Source: an uncultured Bdellovibrionales bacterium (GTDB lineage Bacteria > Patescibacteriota > Minisyncoccia > Moranbacterales > UBA9337). From it: a DNA stretch of 64,000 nucleotides. Within the stretch, counting starts at the first letter, position 1, and each line of letters begins with the position of its first letter. Positions 1-9,577 of this stretch are shown here, piece by piece. The stretch is from NCBI GenBank assembly GCA_964605525.1, contig CAZSCV010000003.1, positions 4,227 to 68,226 of the forward strand. Direction: 5' to 3'. Below the pieces are notes generated by a model that had not been told where the DNA came from, did no database searches, and saw only the letters and a program-made list of their open reading frames with translations. The position numbers were made by a program, and so were the translations under genes.

Positions 1-1503
1 TCATTCAAAAAAGAAGGAATTGATTTGGGAGGCATCATTTGGGACATTATGCTGGCAAAATACGTGCTTGAACCGGGAGGCAAGATTGAATTTGAAAGAA
101 TGGTTTTGGAAGAATTGGGAGAAGAAATTCAAAAAGAAGAAAAGAAACAGCTCACATTGGGAATTGAGAGCGATGATGAGATTGTCAAAAAAAATTGTCA
201 GAAAGCGGACTATATTTTCAAGATCAAAAATATTTTGGAAAGAAAAATGAAAGAAGTTTGCGCCACGCAAGACGGAAAATATAACCTGCAGTATGTTTTT
301 GAGAAAGTGGAGATGCCGTTGGTGGAAATTTTAGCCCGGATGGAACTTTCCGGAGTGAAAGTTGATACTTTCATTTTGAAGGGAATTTCGGAAAAAATCG
401 GAGATAGAATTTCCAATCTGGAAAAAAACATATATCAGCTTTCCGGAAAAGAATTTAATATCAATTCTCCTTCCCAGCTTTCAGAAATACTTTTTGAGCA
501 TTTGAAACTTCCGACAGTGGATATTAAGAAAACCAAAACAAAATATTCCACTGCTGCCAGCGAATTGGAAAAACTCAAGGACGAGCATAAAATAATTGCC
601 AAAATTGAAGAATATCGCGAGATTTTCAAACTCAAAACAACTTATTTGGATACTTTGCCGAAAATGGTGGATGGAAATTCACATCTCCATACAACTTATA
701 ATCAAGCGGTGGCGGCGACCGGACGGCTTTCTTCGGAAAATCCGAATCTGCAAAATATTCCGATTCGAACAGATTTGGGAAAATTGATGCGCGTTGCTTT
801 TTCTGCTGAAGACGGATATGTTTTTGTGAGCGCGGATTACTCGCAAATAGATTTGCGGGTGATGGCGCATATGTCAGGCGATAAAAAAATGATTGAGGCT
901 TTTTGGGCGCGCCAAGATATCCACCAGGCAACGGCGGCGGAAATTAACAAGGTATCTCCATCGCAAGTGACAGAAAAGATGCGACGAAATGCCAAAGCGC
1001 TTAATTTCGGAATTATATACGGTATGGGAACTTTTGGATTTTCGCAGTCAGCGGGAATTTCCCGAGAGGAAGCACGAAAATTTATCAGTGCGTATATGGA
1101 AAAATTTTCCGATGTGGCAAAATTCATCAAACAAACAAAGGAGCAAGCCAAGAAGGATGGATTTGTCCAGACGGAAATTGGCCGCCGCCGATACTTGCCG
1201 GAAATAAATTCGCCGAACTTCCAAGTCCAATCCGGCGCGGAACGAATGGCGATCAATATGCCGATCCAAGGCTTGGCGGCGGATATCATGAAACTGGCGA
1301 TGATAGCGGTTTATACTGAATACGGAAACAATCCCGATGTGAAAATGATACTTCAGATTCATGATGAAATTATCTTGGAAGTGCGGCAGGACTTAGCCGA
1401 GGCTGTTTCCAAAAAGATTAAAGAAATTATGGAAGGAGTATACAAACTAAAAGTCCCTTTAGTGGTGGATGTGAAAATCGGGGAAAATTGGGGGGAGCTT
1501 TGA
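1..1503 (+). CDS. polA: DNA polymerase I, polymerase domain; 5' end lies upstream of the window
   Basis: The reading frame is open from base 1. Family A polymerase motifs are present (RRRYLPEINS, QGLAADIMK, HDEIILEV). It ends at TGA 1501-1503. Confidence 0.9.
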   Translation, partial: SFKKEGIDLGGIIWDIMLAKYVLEPGGKIEFERMVLEELGEEIQKEEKKQLTLGIESDDEIVKKNCQKADYIFKIKNILERKMKEVCATQDGKYNLQYVFEKVEMPLVEILARMELSGVKVDTFILKGISEKIGDRISNLEKNIYQLSGKEFNINSPSQLSEILFEHLKLPTVDIKKTKTKYSTAASELEKLKDEHKIIAKIEEYREIFKLKTTYLDTLPKMVDGNSHLHTTYNQAVAATGRLSSENPNLQNIPIRTDLGKLMRVAFSAEDGYVFVSADYSQIDLRVMAHMSGDKKMIEAFWARQDIHQATAAEINKVSPSQVTEKMRRNAKALNFGIIYGMGTFGFSQSAGISREEARKFISAYMEKFSDVAKFIKQTKEQAKKDGFVQTEIGRRRYLPEINSPNFQVQSGAERMAINMPIQGLAADIMKLAMIAVYTEYGNNPDVKMILQIHDEIILEVRQDLAEAVSKKIKEIMEGVYKLKVPLVVDVKIGENWGEL

Positions 1504-1519
1504 GCCATGGAATGCAACT

Positions 1520-2965
1520 GTGAATATGAATTCAAAAAAAACAATTGAGCATCTATTTTATGCGATAATATTTTTGCTTCCCTGGCAAGGGGTTTGGATT
1601 TGGCGCGAGCCTTTTGTGGGCGGTTTCAAGTGGGAATACGGCACCATTGGAATATATGGGATTGATTTTCTTATATTGCTCTTTTTGATATTAAGTTCGG
1701 TGAATTATTTGAGAGTTTTTAATTTCTCCGCCCAAGGCGGACCAGCCCTGGGCTGGCAATTTCTCCGCCCAAGGCGAATCAGCCTCTGGCTGACAAAATT
1801 CAAAATTCAAAATTATAATTACGTCTTACGTCTTACGTCTTACGTCTTAGTCGCTTGGTCTTTTCTCTCCATTATCTGGTCTTCGGATAAAATTTTAGCC
1901 GGTTATTTTTCTTTCAAATTGTTATTGGCTGTTGGCTTGTTTTGGGTGGTGCGGAGGATGAATATAAATTGGAGAAAGTTAGTTTTTGTCTTGATGCTTA
2001 CCGGAGCGTTGCAAGGCGCGCTGGCAACCGGACAGTTTTTGGCGCAAAATGATTTTTCCAGCACGCTTTTGGGAACGAGCCAGCACGTTGTTTCAGCTGG
2101 CGGAACATCGGTGATTGAAACGCCGGGTGGAAGATGGCTCCGGGCATACGGAACGTTTCCGCATCCGAATGTATTGGGAGGATATCTTACTGTGATTCTA
2201 TTACTCATTATTTTTCAAGATACAAGACACCCCGAAAATATTCGCCACAGAGCAGGCAAGACACAAGAAACAAGCAATTTTAAATTTTTAATTTTAAAAT
2301 TAAGAAATTGGAAATTGTTTAGAAATTCGAAATTAGAAATTAGAAATTCAGAATACGTCTTACGTCTTACGTCTTACGTTTTAATCTTTTCCGGACTGGT
2401 TGTTTCTTTTTCCCGCAGTGCTTGGCTGGTTTTCGCTATCGGATTTATTTTGTTGTTTATCTTTAAAAAAGATAAACGAAGAGAATTGGGCAAATTAGTT
2501 TTTGTTTTTTCTGTCATTGCGCTTGTTTGGATCGGTGTTTTCTCTCCTTTGTTTTTTTCCCGCATCGCCGGAGAAGAAAGATTGGAAAAAAAATCTTTCG
2601 ATGACCGGAGCGCGTATGTTTTGCAATCGAAAGAAATCATAAAAGAAAATTTTTGGCTGGGAACGGGAGCTGGAAATTATACGAAAGCAGTGGCGGATAA
2701 AAATCCACAAAAACCAATCTGGCAAATTCAGCCGGTGCATAATGTCTTTCTGCTTGTCTGGTCAGAATTGGGGGCTATTGGCTTGGTTTTGCTTATCGCA
2801 TTCTTATTTTTATGGGCAATTGGGCTATTTTTAACAAATAAATATTTACCACTGCTCATCGTTCCTTGCTTATTGTTTTTTGTTTTCGATCACTGGCTTT
2901 GGACATCACATTTCGGCTTGTTGTTTTTATTTTTAATTTTAGCATTAATACTCAAAAAGAAATGA
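1520..2965 (+). CDS. O-antigen ligase / Wzy_C-family polytopic membrane protein carrying two in-frame repeat insertions
   Basis: It has multiple TM segments and a Wzy_C-like core (SRSAWLVFAIGFILL ... GTGAGNY ... HNVFLLVWSELG). The inserted repeats are translated as SAQGGPALGWQFLRPRRISLWL and, twice, as YVLRLTSYVL. Confidence 0.6.
   Translation: MNMNSKKTIEHLFYAIIFLLPWQGVWIWREPFVGGFKWEYGTIGIYGIDFLILLFLILSSVNYLRVFNFSAQGGPALGWQFLRPRRISLWLTKFKIQNYNYVLRLTSYVLVAWSFLSIIWSSDKILAGYFSFKLLLAVGLFWVVRRMNINWRKLVFVLMLTGALQGALATGQFLAQNDFSSTLLGTSQHVVSAGGTSVIETPGGRWLRAYGTFPHPNVLGGYLTVILLLIIFQDTRHPENIRHRAGKTQETSNFKFLILKLRNWKLFRNSKLEIRNSEYVLRLTSYVLIFSGLVVSFSRSAWLVFAIGFILLFIFKKDKRRELGKLVFVFSVIALVWIGVFSPLFFSRIAGEERLEKKSFDDRSAYVLQSKEIIKENFWLGTGAGNYTKAVADKNPQKPIWQIQPVHNVFLLVWSELGAIGLVLLIAFLFLWAIGLFLTNKYLPLLIVPCLLFFVFDHWLWTSHFGLLFLFLILALILKKK
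1721..1849. repeat. in-frame composite insertion: two palindromic cores, (CAAAATT)3 and (ACGTCTT)4
   Basis: Cores at 1728-1756 and a degenerate one at 1765-1792; the heptamer array is at 1821-1848. Confidence 0.8.
2281..2378. repeat. in-frame AT-rich heptamer repeats (GAAATTn) followed by (ACGTCTT)3
   Basis: It has the same 7-mer array as 1821-1848 and encodes the same YVLRLTSYVL peptide. Confidence 0.75.
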
Positions 2966-3288
2966 AAGAAAAACTATTGAAAATTATTCCTAATTTAATC
3001 CCGATTACTCTAATGGTCGGACTTATTCCAATTATTGCCAATGATTATGTCTTGCTTCTAGCATACGTGTTTGTAATTTCGATCTCCTTTTGGATAAAAT
3101 ATGAAAAACGCGAGTATGTTTATTTTTCTTTTGGGTTGGTGATAATGGTTTTTTCCGAATGGATTTTTGTGAGTACGGGAGTGGAAACTTTCACTCGAAA
3201 TAGTTTACTGGGAGTAATGCCGATTTGGCTGCCGGTTCTTTGGGCATATGCTTTTGTGGCAATGAAAAGAGCAGTTGTGATTTTGTGA
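2962..3288 (+). CDS. small hydrophobic membrane protein
   Basis: Its ATG overlaps the stop codon of the upstream gene (ATGA). Three to four predicted TM helices. Confidence 0.4.
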   Translation: MKEKLLKIIPNLIPITLMVGLIPIIANDYVLLLAYVFVISISFWIKYEKREYVYFSFGLVIMVFSEWIFVSTGVETFTRNSLLGVMPIWLPVLWAYAFVAMKRAVVIL

Positions 3289-3338
3289 GAAATCATTATA
3301 CTGAATGCATAAAATAGTTAAAAGTAGTTCGTAAATGT

Positions 3339-4298
3339 ATGCCGGAATTGCCTGAAGTGCAAACGATTGTTGACGATTTAAACAGGAAGATAAAAGGCGA
3401 CACGATCGTTGGTTTTTGGAGTGATTGGCCGAAAGCCATAAAAGGCGTGAATTTTAAAAAATTCGAAGCGGAAATAAACGGCAAAAAAATTCTCAAAGCC
3501 TGGCGGATTGGAAAGAATATGTTCGTGGATTTGTCCGGAGGAAAAACGATTTATATCCATTTGAAAATGACGGGACACCTGCTTGTGAAGACACGGGAAA
3601 ATTTCCAATTTCCAATTTCTCCGCCCAAGGCGGACCAGCCTTGGGCTGGTAATTTTCAAACAAATCCCAATGACAAAATTTCAAATTTAGAAAAAAATAA
3701 AAATTATTTTGATGACAGGGTTAATCAATATATACATCATATCTGGAAACTAAAATCTGGAAAAACTTTGGAATTTTCGGATATGAGAAAGTTTGCCAAG
3801 ATTGTTTTGGTTGATACGGACAAGGTTATGGAATTGCCGGAAATCAAAAAACTGGGGGTGGACGCGATGAGCGCGGATTTTACTTTGGAAAAATTTGAAG
3901 AAATATTGGAAAAAAGAAAAAACAAGAAAATCGGGCTGGTTTTAATGGAGCAGGAATTGATTGCCGGAATCGGAAATATTTATCGTAGCGAGATTCTTTT
4001 TGACGCAGGAATACATCCTGAACGGTTAGTGAAAGATTTAAAAAAAGCGGAAACAGAAACATTGTACAATTCTATCTTGAAAGTTCTCAAAAAAGCCGTC
4101 AAAATGCGGGGAACTTCCGATAGTGATTATCGCGACACGGACGGCGCGCCGGGAAGCTTCGGAAAGGTTTTGAAAGTTTACCGAAAAAAAGGCGAAAAAT
4201 GCTCGTGTGTGCGAGATGGAAAAAAATGTGGTACAATTATTGAAAGAATAATAATGGGGCAAAGGAGTGTGTTTTTTTGCCAGAAATGCCAGAAATAA
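3339..4298 (+). CDS. mutM: formamidopyrimidine-DNA glycosylase with an in-frame palindromic insertion
   Basis: N-terminal MPELPEV, an H2TH region and a C-terminal zinc finger (CSCVRDGKKC...CQKC). The insert is translated as FQFPISPPKADQPWAGNFQTNPNDKISNLEKNKNYFD. Confidence 0.85.
   Translation: MPELPEVQTIVDDLNRKIKGDTIVGFWSDWPKAIKGVNFKKFEAEINGKKILKAWRIGKNMFVDLSGGKTIYIHLKMTGHLLVKTRENFQFPISPPKADQPWAGNFQTNPNDKISNLEKNKNYFDDRVNQYIHHIWKLKSGKTLEFSDMRKFAKIVLVDTDKVMELPEIKKLGVDAMSADFTLEKFEEILEKRKNKKIGLVLMEQELIAGIGNIYRSEILFDAGIHPERLVKDLKKAETETLYNSILKVLKKAVKMRGTSDSDYRDTDGAPGSFGKVLKVYRKKGEKCSCVRDGKKCGTIIERIIMGQRSVFFCQKCQK
3596..3700. repeat. in-frame palindromic element with (TTCCAAT)n and AAATTTC flanks inside mutM
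   Basis: Core CCGCCCAAGGCGGACCAGCCTTGGGCTGG at about 3621-3649. Confidence 0.8.
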
Positions 4299-4301
4299 AT
4301 T

Positions 4302-5516
4302 TTGAGTGTAAATTTTAATAATAAAAGAAAATCAATGAGTAATAAAAACAAGGCGGTAATTGCGATTGTCGTAATAATCATTGCCGGAATGGCGGTGTAT
4401 TTTTTTGGTAATCGCGATGCAAGAAGAAGCAAGAATGCCAAGCCGATCAGCATTGAAAGTAATAGCGAAGCTTCCAGTCAATCTATTCAAAACACCGGTC
4501 CGGTAAGTCCGATTACGGGATTATCCTGTGACAACTGGAACCGCCGTCCGGTTGCAGTGATGCAGCCTGCCGATATCCAAGCTCGTCCGGCTGCCGGCTT
4601 TTCCGAGGCGGATATGGTCTTTGAGATGCCAGCCTATACATCCAGCAATACAAGATTGATGGGAGTGTATATTTGCAATTTACCCAAAGATATTGGAGCG
4701 ATACGAAGTTCTCGTCATGATTATATCGCCCTTGCGAAAGGATTGGATGCTTACTTTATTCATTGGGGAGGATCGCATTTTGCTTTGGATCTTTTAAAGG
4801 AAAATGTTATTGATCATATGGACTGCCTTGCATATGAAGGATCATATTGCAGCAGATGGGACTGGCAAAATGATCCGGTTATGCGTATGGAAGATTCCGG
4901 GCATGTTACTAGTGAATCTATTGTGAAAGCAATGAAAGATTTGAACATAAGGACCGAGGGAAATTTTGTCGGATATCCTCATCAAGCTGAGGCTCCGGAA
5001 GACCAGCGTCCAAATGGCGGACATTTGAGAGTAGCTTTTGCCGGAATATATGCGGTTGAATATGATTATGATAAAGCAACTAACACATATTTGCGTACCT
5101 GGGGAAATGTCGAGGATACCGATAGAAACAATAAACAAAGATTAGCGCCGAAAAACGTCGCAGTTTTGTTTGCCTCATCAGAACAAATTGTTAATACAAA
5201 AGATTATGCCGGTCTTGGACTGAGAAATCCATGGGAAAATGTGGAAGCGGTTAAAAATACCGGAGATGAGAGTATAAGTGGAAGATACAATAACGTTCAA
5301 ATAGGTGATCCATGGTACGACGAAACTGATTCCGGAGAAGCGCATTATTATTTCAACGGAAAAGAATACTTGGGAACTTGGAAAAAAGACCGATCTAAAA
5401 TCGACAGCAAATTGTTTTTTTATGATCAATCCGGAAAGGAAATTCAATTTGTTCCCGGTCAGGTTTGGGTTGAAATTCTCGAGCCTGGACAAGTATTAAG
5501 ATGGCAACAGTCGTAA
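4302..5516 (+). CDS. DUF3048 (YerB-like) membrane-anchored protein
   Basis: N-terminal TM helix. PVAVMQPADIQARPAAGFSEADMVFEMPAY matches the DUF3048 N-terminal domain. Confidence 0.55.
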   Translation: MSVNFNNKRKSMSNKNKAVIAIVVIIIAGMAVYFFGNRDARRSKNAKPISIESNSEASSQSIQNTGPVSPITGLSCDNWNRRPVAVMQPADIQARPAAGFSEADMVFEMPAYTSSNTRLMGVYICNLPKDIGAIRSSRHDYIALAKGLDAYFIHWGGSHFALDLLKENVIDHMDCLAYEGSYCSRWDWQNDPVMRMEDSGHVTSESIVKAMKDLNIRTEGNFVGYPHQAEAPEDQRPNGGHLRVAFAGIYAVEYDYDKATNTYLRTWGNVEDTDRNNKQRLAPKNVAVLFASSEQIVNTKDYAGLGLRNPWENVEAVKNTGDESISGRYNNVQIGDPWYDETDSGEAHYYFNGKEYLGTWKKDRSKIDSKLFFYDQSGKEIQFVPGQVWVEILEPGQVLRWQQS

Positions 5517-5534
5517 AAACATAATTTTTATTCG

Positions 5535-6488
5535 ATGATTTTGTTTCTTTACGGCAATGATGACTTTCGTTCAAGTGAAAAGTTGGCCGAAATAAAAAAT
5601 GAATTCTTGGAAAAAGACAGCCTCGGCGCGGGCCTGGCTGTTTTTGATTTTGAAGAAGGGGCAAAGGAAAGCGATGTGGCTGATGTGCTTTCATCCGGTG
5701 GACTTTTCAGTTCGAAAAAATTGATAATTGTAAAAAATATCTTGGTTGATGGAAAAACAGATGAGCAGACGAATATATTGGAAATATTGGATAAAAAAGG
5801 CTCTATTGGAAATGATGAAGATTTGGTTCTTGTTTTTTGGGCAAAAGGAATGCCCAGAAAAAACGGAAAACTTTTCAAATTTATTTCTTCAATTGGAAAA
5901 AGTGAGATATTTGAAAAACTTTCAGGAGTTGCTTTGGAAAAATGGATATTTGGGAAAGTGGAAAAAATGGGAGGAAAAATTTCCGCAAAAGCTGTTGGAA
6001 AATTGATAGCATATGCCGGAGATGATCTTTTTCAGATGAATAATGAAATCAAAAAACTGGCGTGCTACAGCCGGGAAATCAATGAAAAAGATGTTGATTT
6101 GCTGGTAAAGGCAAAAACTCAGGCGAATATATTTGAAACCGTAGAAGCGCTCAGTGCGGGAAACAAGAAATTAGCTCTTGATCTCTTACACCAGCAATTG
6201 GAAAAAGGGGACGATCCTTTTTATATTTTTTCTATGTATGTATACCAATTCCGCAATTTGCTAAAAATTGCAGGACTGTATTTTTCGGGACTCAGCAATG
6301 AATATGCGATTGCCAAAGAAACAAAGCTGCATCCTTTTGTCGTGAAAAAAGGATTGGCGCAAGTGAGGACGATGGATATTAAAAAGATAAAAAACATCTA
6401 TCGCAATTTGGCGGAAATTGATTTGAAAGTAAAAACCGGAAAAATGGACATCATCTTGGCGCTGGATAAATTCGTGGTTGAAATATAG
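5535..6488 (+). CDS. holA: DNA polymerase III delta subunit
   Basis: Correct size and an N-terminal MILFLYGNDDF-type delta fold, with LFQMNNEIKKL and C-terminal helical domain motifs. Confidence 0.75.
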   Translation: MILFLYGNDDFRSSEKLAEIKNEFLEKDSLGAGLAVFDFEEGAKESDVADVLSSGGLFSSKKLIIVKNILVDGKTDEQTNILEILDKKGSIGNDEDLVLVFWAKGMPRKNGKLFKFISSIGKSEIFEKLSGVALEKWIFGKVEKMGGKISAKAVGKLIAYAGDDLFQMNNEIKKLACYSREINEKDVDLLVKAKTQANIFETVEALSAGNKKLALDLLHQQLEKGDDPFYIFSMYVYQFRNLLKIAGLYFSGLSNEYAIAKETKLHPFVVKKGLAQVRTMDIKKIKNIYRNLAEIDLKVKTGKMDIILALDKFVVEI

Positions 6489-6545
6489 AAAAATAAATCA
6501 TTTTTCTGCCTACTTTCAGTTTCTTTATTTTAAAAAAGATAATAA

Positions 6546-6579
6546 AAAAACAGACTTTCTTGTGAGGCCTGTTTTTTTA
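6546..6579. terminator. probable bidirectional terminator between holA and rpsT
   Basis: Imperfect hairpin AACAGAC...GCCTGTT followed by T7. Confidence 0.4.
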
Positions 6580-6586
6580 TTTGAAG

Positions 6587-6859
6587 TTATTTTTTTCCAG
6601 CTAACTCTTTGACCGCTTTGTTGAGTCTTGATTTGTATCTGGCGGCTGTGTTTTTGACAAGTGTCTTTTTCTGCACGGCCTTATCAAGGGATTTGATGGA
6701 TTTTTTTAGCCATTCTTGCGCTTTTTCGATATTTTTTTCAGTGATTGCATCGCGGGTTTTCTTGATAGCGCTTCGGAAAACTCCTTTTACTATTTTGTTG
6801 CGGGCGGTTTTTTTGTCCGTCACACGCATATATTTTTTTGCAGATTTTTTGATTGGCAT
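6587..6859 (-). CDS. rpsT: 30S ribosomal protein S20
   Basis: MPIKKSAKKYMRVTDKKTARNK... is a typical S20 sequence; 90 aa and basic. Confidence 0.9.
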   Translation of the reverse strand: MPIKKSAKKYMRVTDKKTARNKIVKGVFRSAIKKTRDAITEKNIEKAQEWLKKSIKSLDKAVQKKTLVKNTAARYKSRLNKAVKELAGKK

Positions 6860-6996
6860 ATATAAAACATTAAAACAAATTAATCATTAAAATATAAAAA
6901 CAATAGAGCGATTTAATTTACTGTTTTTATAACTTAATGCTTTAATGATGTTATCACAGGCTGGATTTTTTAGCAAGAGTGTAGTATTCTTGGGAT

Positions 6997-7566
6997 ATGA
7001 TTGCGAAATTGAGGGGAAAAATTGAATATTTGCGGGGAAATTATGCGGTTGTTGATGTGGGCGGAGTCGGATACAAAGTTTTTGTAACTGATTATGTTTT
7101 CGGCAAGCTGGCATCAATGAAAGAAGTGAATCTGTTTATTCATACGCATGTCCGTGAAGATGAGATGTCATTGTATGGTTTTTTAGTTTTGGATGAATTG
7201 GAGATGTTTGAGCTTTTGATTTCTATTTCCGGAATCGGACCCAAGGCGGCGAAGGGAATTTTGTCTATTGCCGATCCGAAGACTATCCGCACGGCAATTC
7301 TTAATAACGATTCTTCAATTCTCACGAAAGTTTCCGGAGTGGGGAAGAAGACTGCTGAGAGGGTTATTTTGGAACTCAAGAATAAAGTGGCGGATATGCC
7401 GGATGCGGACAAGAAAGAAGTTGTGGCGGACGGCGATACTCTGGAAGCGCTGGTGGCGATGGGATATTCGATTGCGGAAGCGCGCGAGGCTCTCAAATCA
7501 ATCCCGATGGATATTTCTGATGTTGGAGAAAGAATAAAATTTGCCTTAAGAAATATTGGGAGGTAG
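6997..7566 (+). CDS. ruvA: Holliday junction DNA helicase RuvA
   Basis: MIAKLRGKI...VVDVGGVGYKV, HhH motifs (ISGIGPKAAKGIL, VSGVGKKTAERV) and a C-terminal domain. Confidence 0.9.
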   Translation: MIAKLRGKIEYLRGNYAVVDVGGVGYKVFVTDYVFGKLASMKEVNLFIHTHVREDEMSLYGFLVLDELEMFELLISISGIGPKAAKGILSIADPKTIRTAILNNDSSILTKVSGVGKKTAERVILELKNKVADMPDADKKEVVADGDTLEALVAMGYSIAEAREALKSIPMDISDVGERIKFALRNIGR

Positions 7567-7644
7567 TTTTTGTGGGGAATCCAGAAATATAATTTTTTAT
7601 AAAAAATTATATTTCTGGATTTTGGCGCATGAGATGAATTTTTA

Positions 7645-8736
7645 GTGTTTATGGAAGAAATAAAAAATATGGATTTTTTGCAGTCGGAAGATTGGCGAAA
7701 GTTTCAAGAAAGCGTCGGGCGCAGAACTTTCAAAATTTCTTCCGGAGATTTCAATGCCAGCATAATCGAACATAAATTGCCGATAGCCGGCAATTATTTT
7801 TACGCGCCGCGAGGTTTTGTCATTCCCGCGGAGGCGGGAATCCAGGATGCTGGTTGTAAGCTTCTAATCAAAGATATTTTTAATTTGGCAAAAAAAGAAA
7901 AAGTAAATTGGATAAGATTTGATGCGGAAAATAAAGATGTTTTAAAAACAATGGAAGAATGCGGATTAAAAGTTGAAAAGGCGCCGCATGATATGCAACC
8001 GCGGCAGACTCTTGTAATTGATATTTCAAAGCCGGAAGAAAAATTGCTGGAGGAAATGAAAAGCAAGACACGATACAACATAAGATTATCTGAAAAACGC
8101 GGGGTTAGAATTTTCAATTTTCAATTTTTCCGCCCAAGGCGGACCAGCCTTGGGCTGGCAATTTTAAAACAATTTTCAAATTCTAATGATAAAATTTTAA
8201 ATAAAGAAAATAAAGAAAAATTCAATACTTATGCTAATGAGTTTTTGCGGTTAGTGAGGATTACATCGAAACGGCAGGGGATCACTTCTCATCCGGATGA
8301 ATATTATCGAAAAATGCTTGAAATTCCATGCGTGCAATTGTATGTGGCGGAATTTGACGGAAAAGTTGTGGCGGTGGCGGTCGTTTCTTTTTTTGAGGGA
8401 GTGGCGACATATTTGCACGGAGCGTCAGATGACAGATATAAAAACGTAATGGCGCCGTTTGCGCTCCATTGGAAAATAATAAAAGACGCAAGGGAAAAAG
8501 GGTGCAAAAAGTATGATATGGGAGGAGTTAGCGTTAATTTTCAATCTTCAATTTCCAATGTAAAAAAAGAAAAAATTCAAAATTCTTCAGATTGGGCGGG
8601 GATTACACGGTTTAAATTGGGATTTTCTCCAGAAACAAAACCGACTGAATTTGCAGGAAGCTATGACATCATTATTGATCAAAAAAAATATTTCTTATAT
8701 AAATTTTTGCAGTTTATTAAAGGATTGATGAAATAG
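7645..8736 (+). CDS. FemAB-family peptidoglycan interpeptide-bridge aminoacyltransferase with an in-frame palindromic insertion
   Basis: FemAB-like N and C domains (LHWKIIKDAREKGCKKYDMGG). The insert is translated as FNFQFFRPRRTSLGLAILKQFSNSNDKILNKENKEK. Confidence 0.65.
   Translation: MFMEEIKNMDFLQSEDWRKFQESVGRRTFKISSGDFNASIIEHKLPIAGNYFYAPRGFVIPAEAGIQDAGCKLLIKDIFNLAKKEKVNWIRFDAENKDVLKTMEECGLKVEKAPHDMQPRQTLVIDISKPEEKLLEEMKSKTRYNIRLSEKRGVRIFNFQFFRPRRTSLGLAILKQFSNSNDKILNKENKEKFNTYANEFLRLVRITSKRQGITSHPDEYYRKMLEIPCVQLYVAEFDGKVVAVAVVSFFEGVATYLHGASDDRYKNVMAPFALHWKIIKDAREKGCKKYDMGGVSVNFQSSISNVKKEKIQNSSDWAGITRFKLGFSPETKPTEFAGSYDIIIDQKKYFLYKFLQFIKGLMK
8107..8200. repeat. in-frame palindromic element with (TTTTCAA)n flanks inside the femAB-like gene
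   Basis: Core at about 8130-8158. Confidence 0.8.
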
Positions 8737-8824
8737 TTTGCGGACTTGATTTTTCTCAGTATTCTTGTATGATAAGGGTTAAACAAAGATAAGTTCTTTA
8801 TAAATCTACTCAAAGGAGCTGGCT

Positions 8825-9514
8825 ATGCGAAGAAAACCTGAAATTCTCGCGGCCGATCCCGTGAGAGAAAAAAGAAGACATTGGCAGCAAATAAATATTT
8901 CTGCTTTTGCTAAAAAAATGGGCGCACATCTTATTTTGAATGCAGAAAATTGTTGCGATACCTATCATCAAAATTGTTTTCGAAGAAATGGAGATGAATA
9001 TCGCAAGCACCCAAAAAGAGTTTTGCGATCATATATTTTCTATACAATAGTTAAACACAGGATGATTTTCAATAGTCAAATGGACCAGGAGGGTTCAGGG
9101 GTATTATTGCACGATACTATTGAAGATGTCAGTGATAAAATATTGGAAAATATTAGCAGCGCGTATGGAGCAATAACATTGGATTTCGTTAAAGCTCTTA
9201 CCAGAGGGGAGAAGGAATCGATTATTGGTTTCGTAAAAAGAGTTGTTAAGCGGTCAAATACGACACTTGGAAAACTGTGCGATAGCATTGATAATTCCCT
9301 GGGAATGTTGGAAGAATATTATTCCGATGTTCCATCTGAGGATTTAGAAAGATTGAAAACGTATATGTGTAAAAAAATATTCCCATTGATTGTTGTTGTG
9401 TACAATACCGATATGGGAAACTCAAAATATGCAGCGGCCGTTAAAGAGGCGTTGCATGACCTGATCCTTTGTTATCGAGAGGCTCAGGAGGTTATAAAAA
9501 TGGAGAAAAAATAA
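8825..9514 (+). CDS. hypothetical protein
   Basis: ORF only; no recognisable motif. Confidence 0.4.
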   Translation: MRRKPEILAADPVREKRRHWQQINISAFAKKMGAHLILNAENCCDTYHQNCFRRNGDEYRKHPKRVLRSYIFYTIVKHRMIFNSQMDQEGSGVLLHDTIEDVSDKILENISSAYGAITLDFVKALTRGEKESIIGFVKRVVKRSNTTLGKLCDSIDNSLGMLEEYYSDVPSEDLERLKTYMCKKIFPLIVVVYNTDMGNSKYAAAVKEALHDLILCYREAQEVIKMEKK

Positions 9515-9551
9515 AAGGCTTAAGCAGGATGTCTGCTGAGCCTTTTTTTAT
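9514..9551 (+). terminator. intrinsic terminator
   Basis: AAAAGGCTTAAGCAG-GATGT-CTGCTGAGCCTTTTTTT. Confidence 0.65.
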
Positions 9552-9577
9552 TTTTCCTTTAAGGATATAATGTAAAT

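Noticed and set aside
632-1362. Several antisense ORFs inside polA (632-931, 837-1289, 1048-1362)
   Set aside because: They are antisense to a strongly supported conserved gene and have low-complexity products.
1821-2378. The heptamer arrays as a CRISPR-like array
   Set aside because: The repeats are 7 bp, perfectly tandem, with no spacers and inside a CDS; they are microsatellites, not CRISPR.
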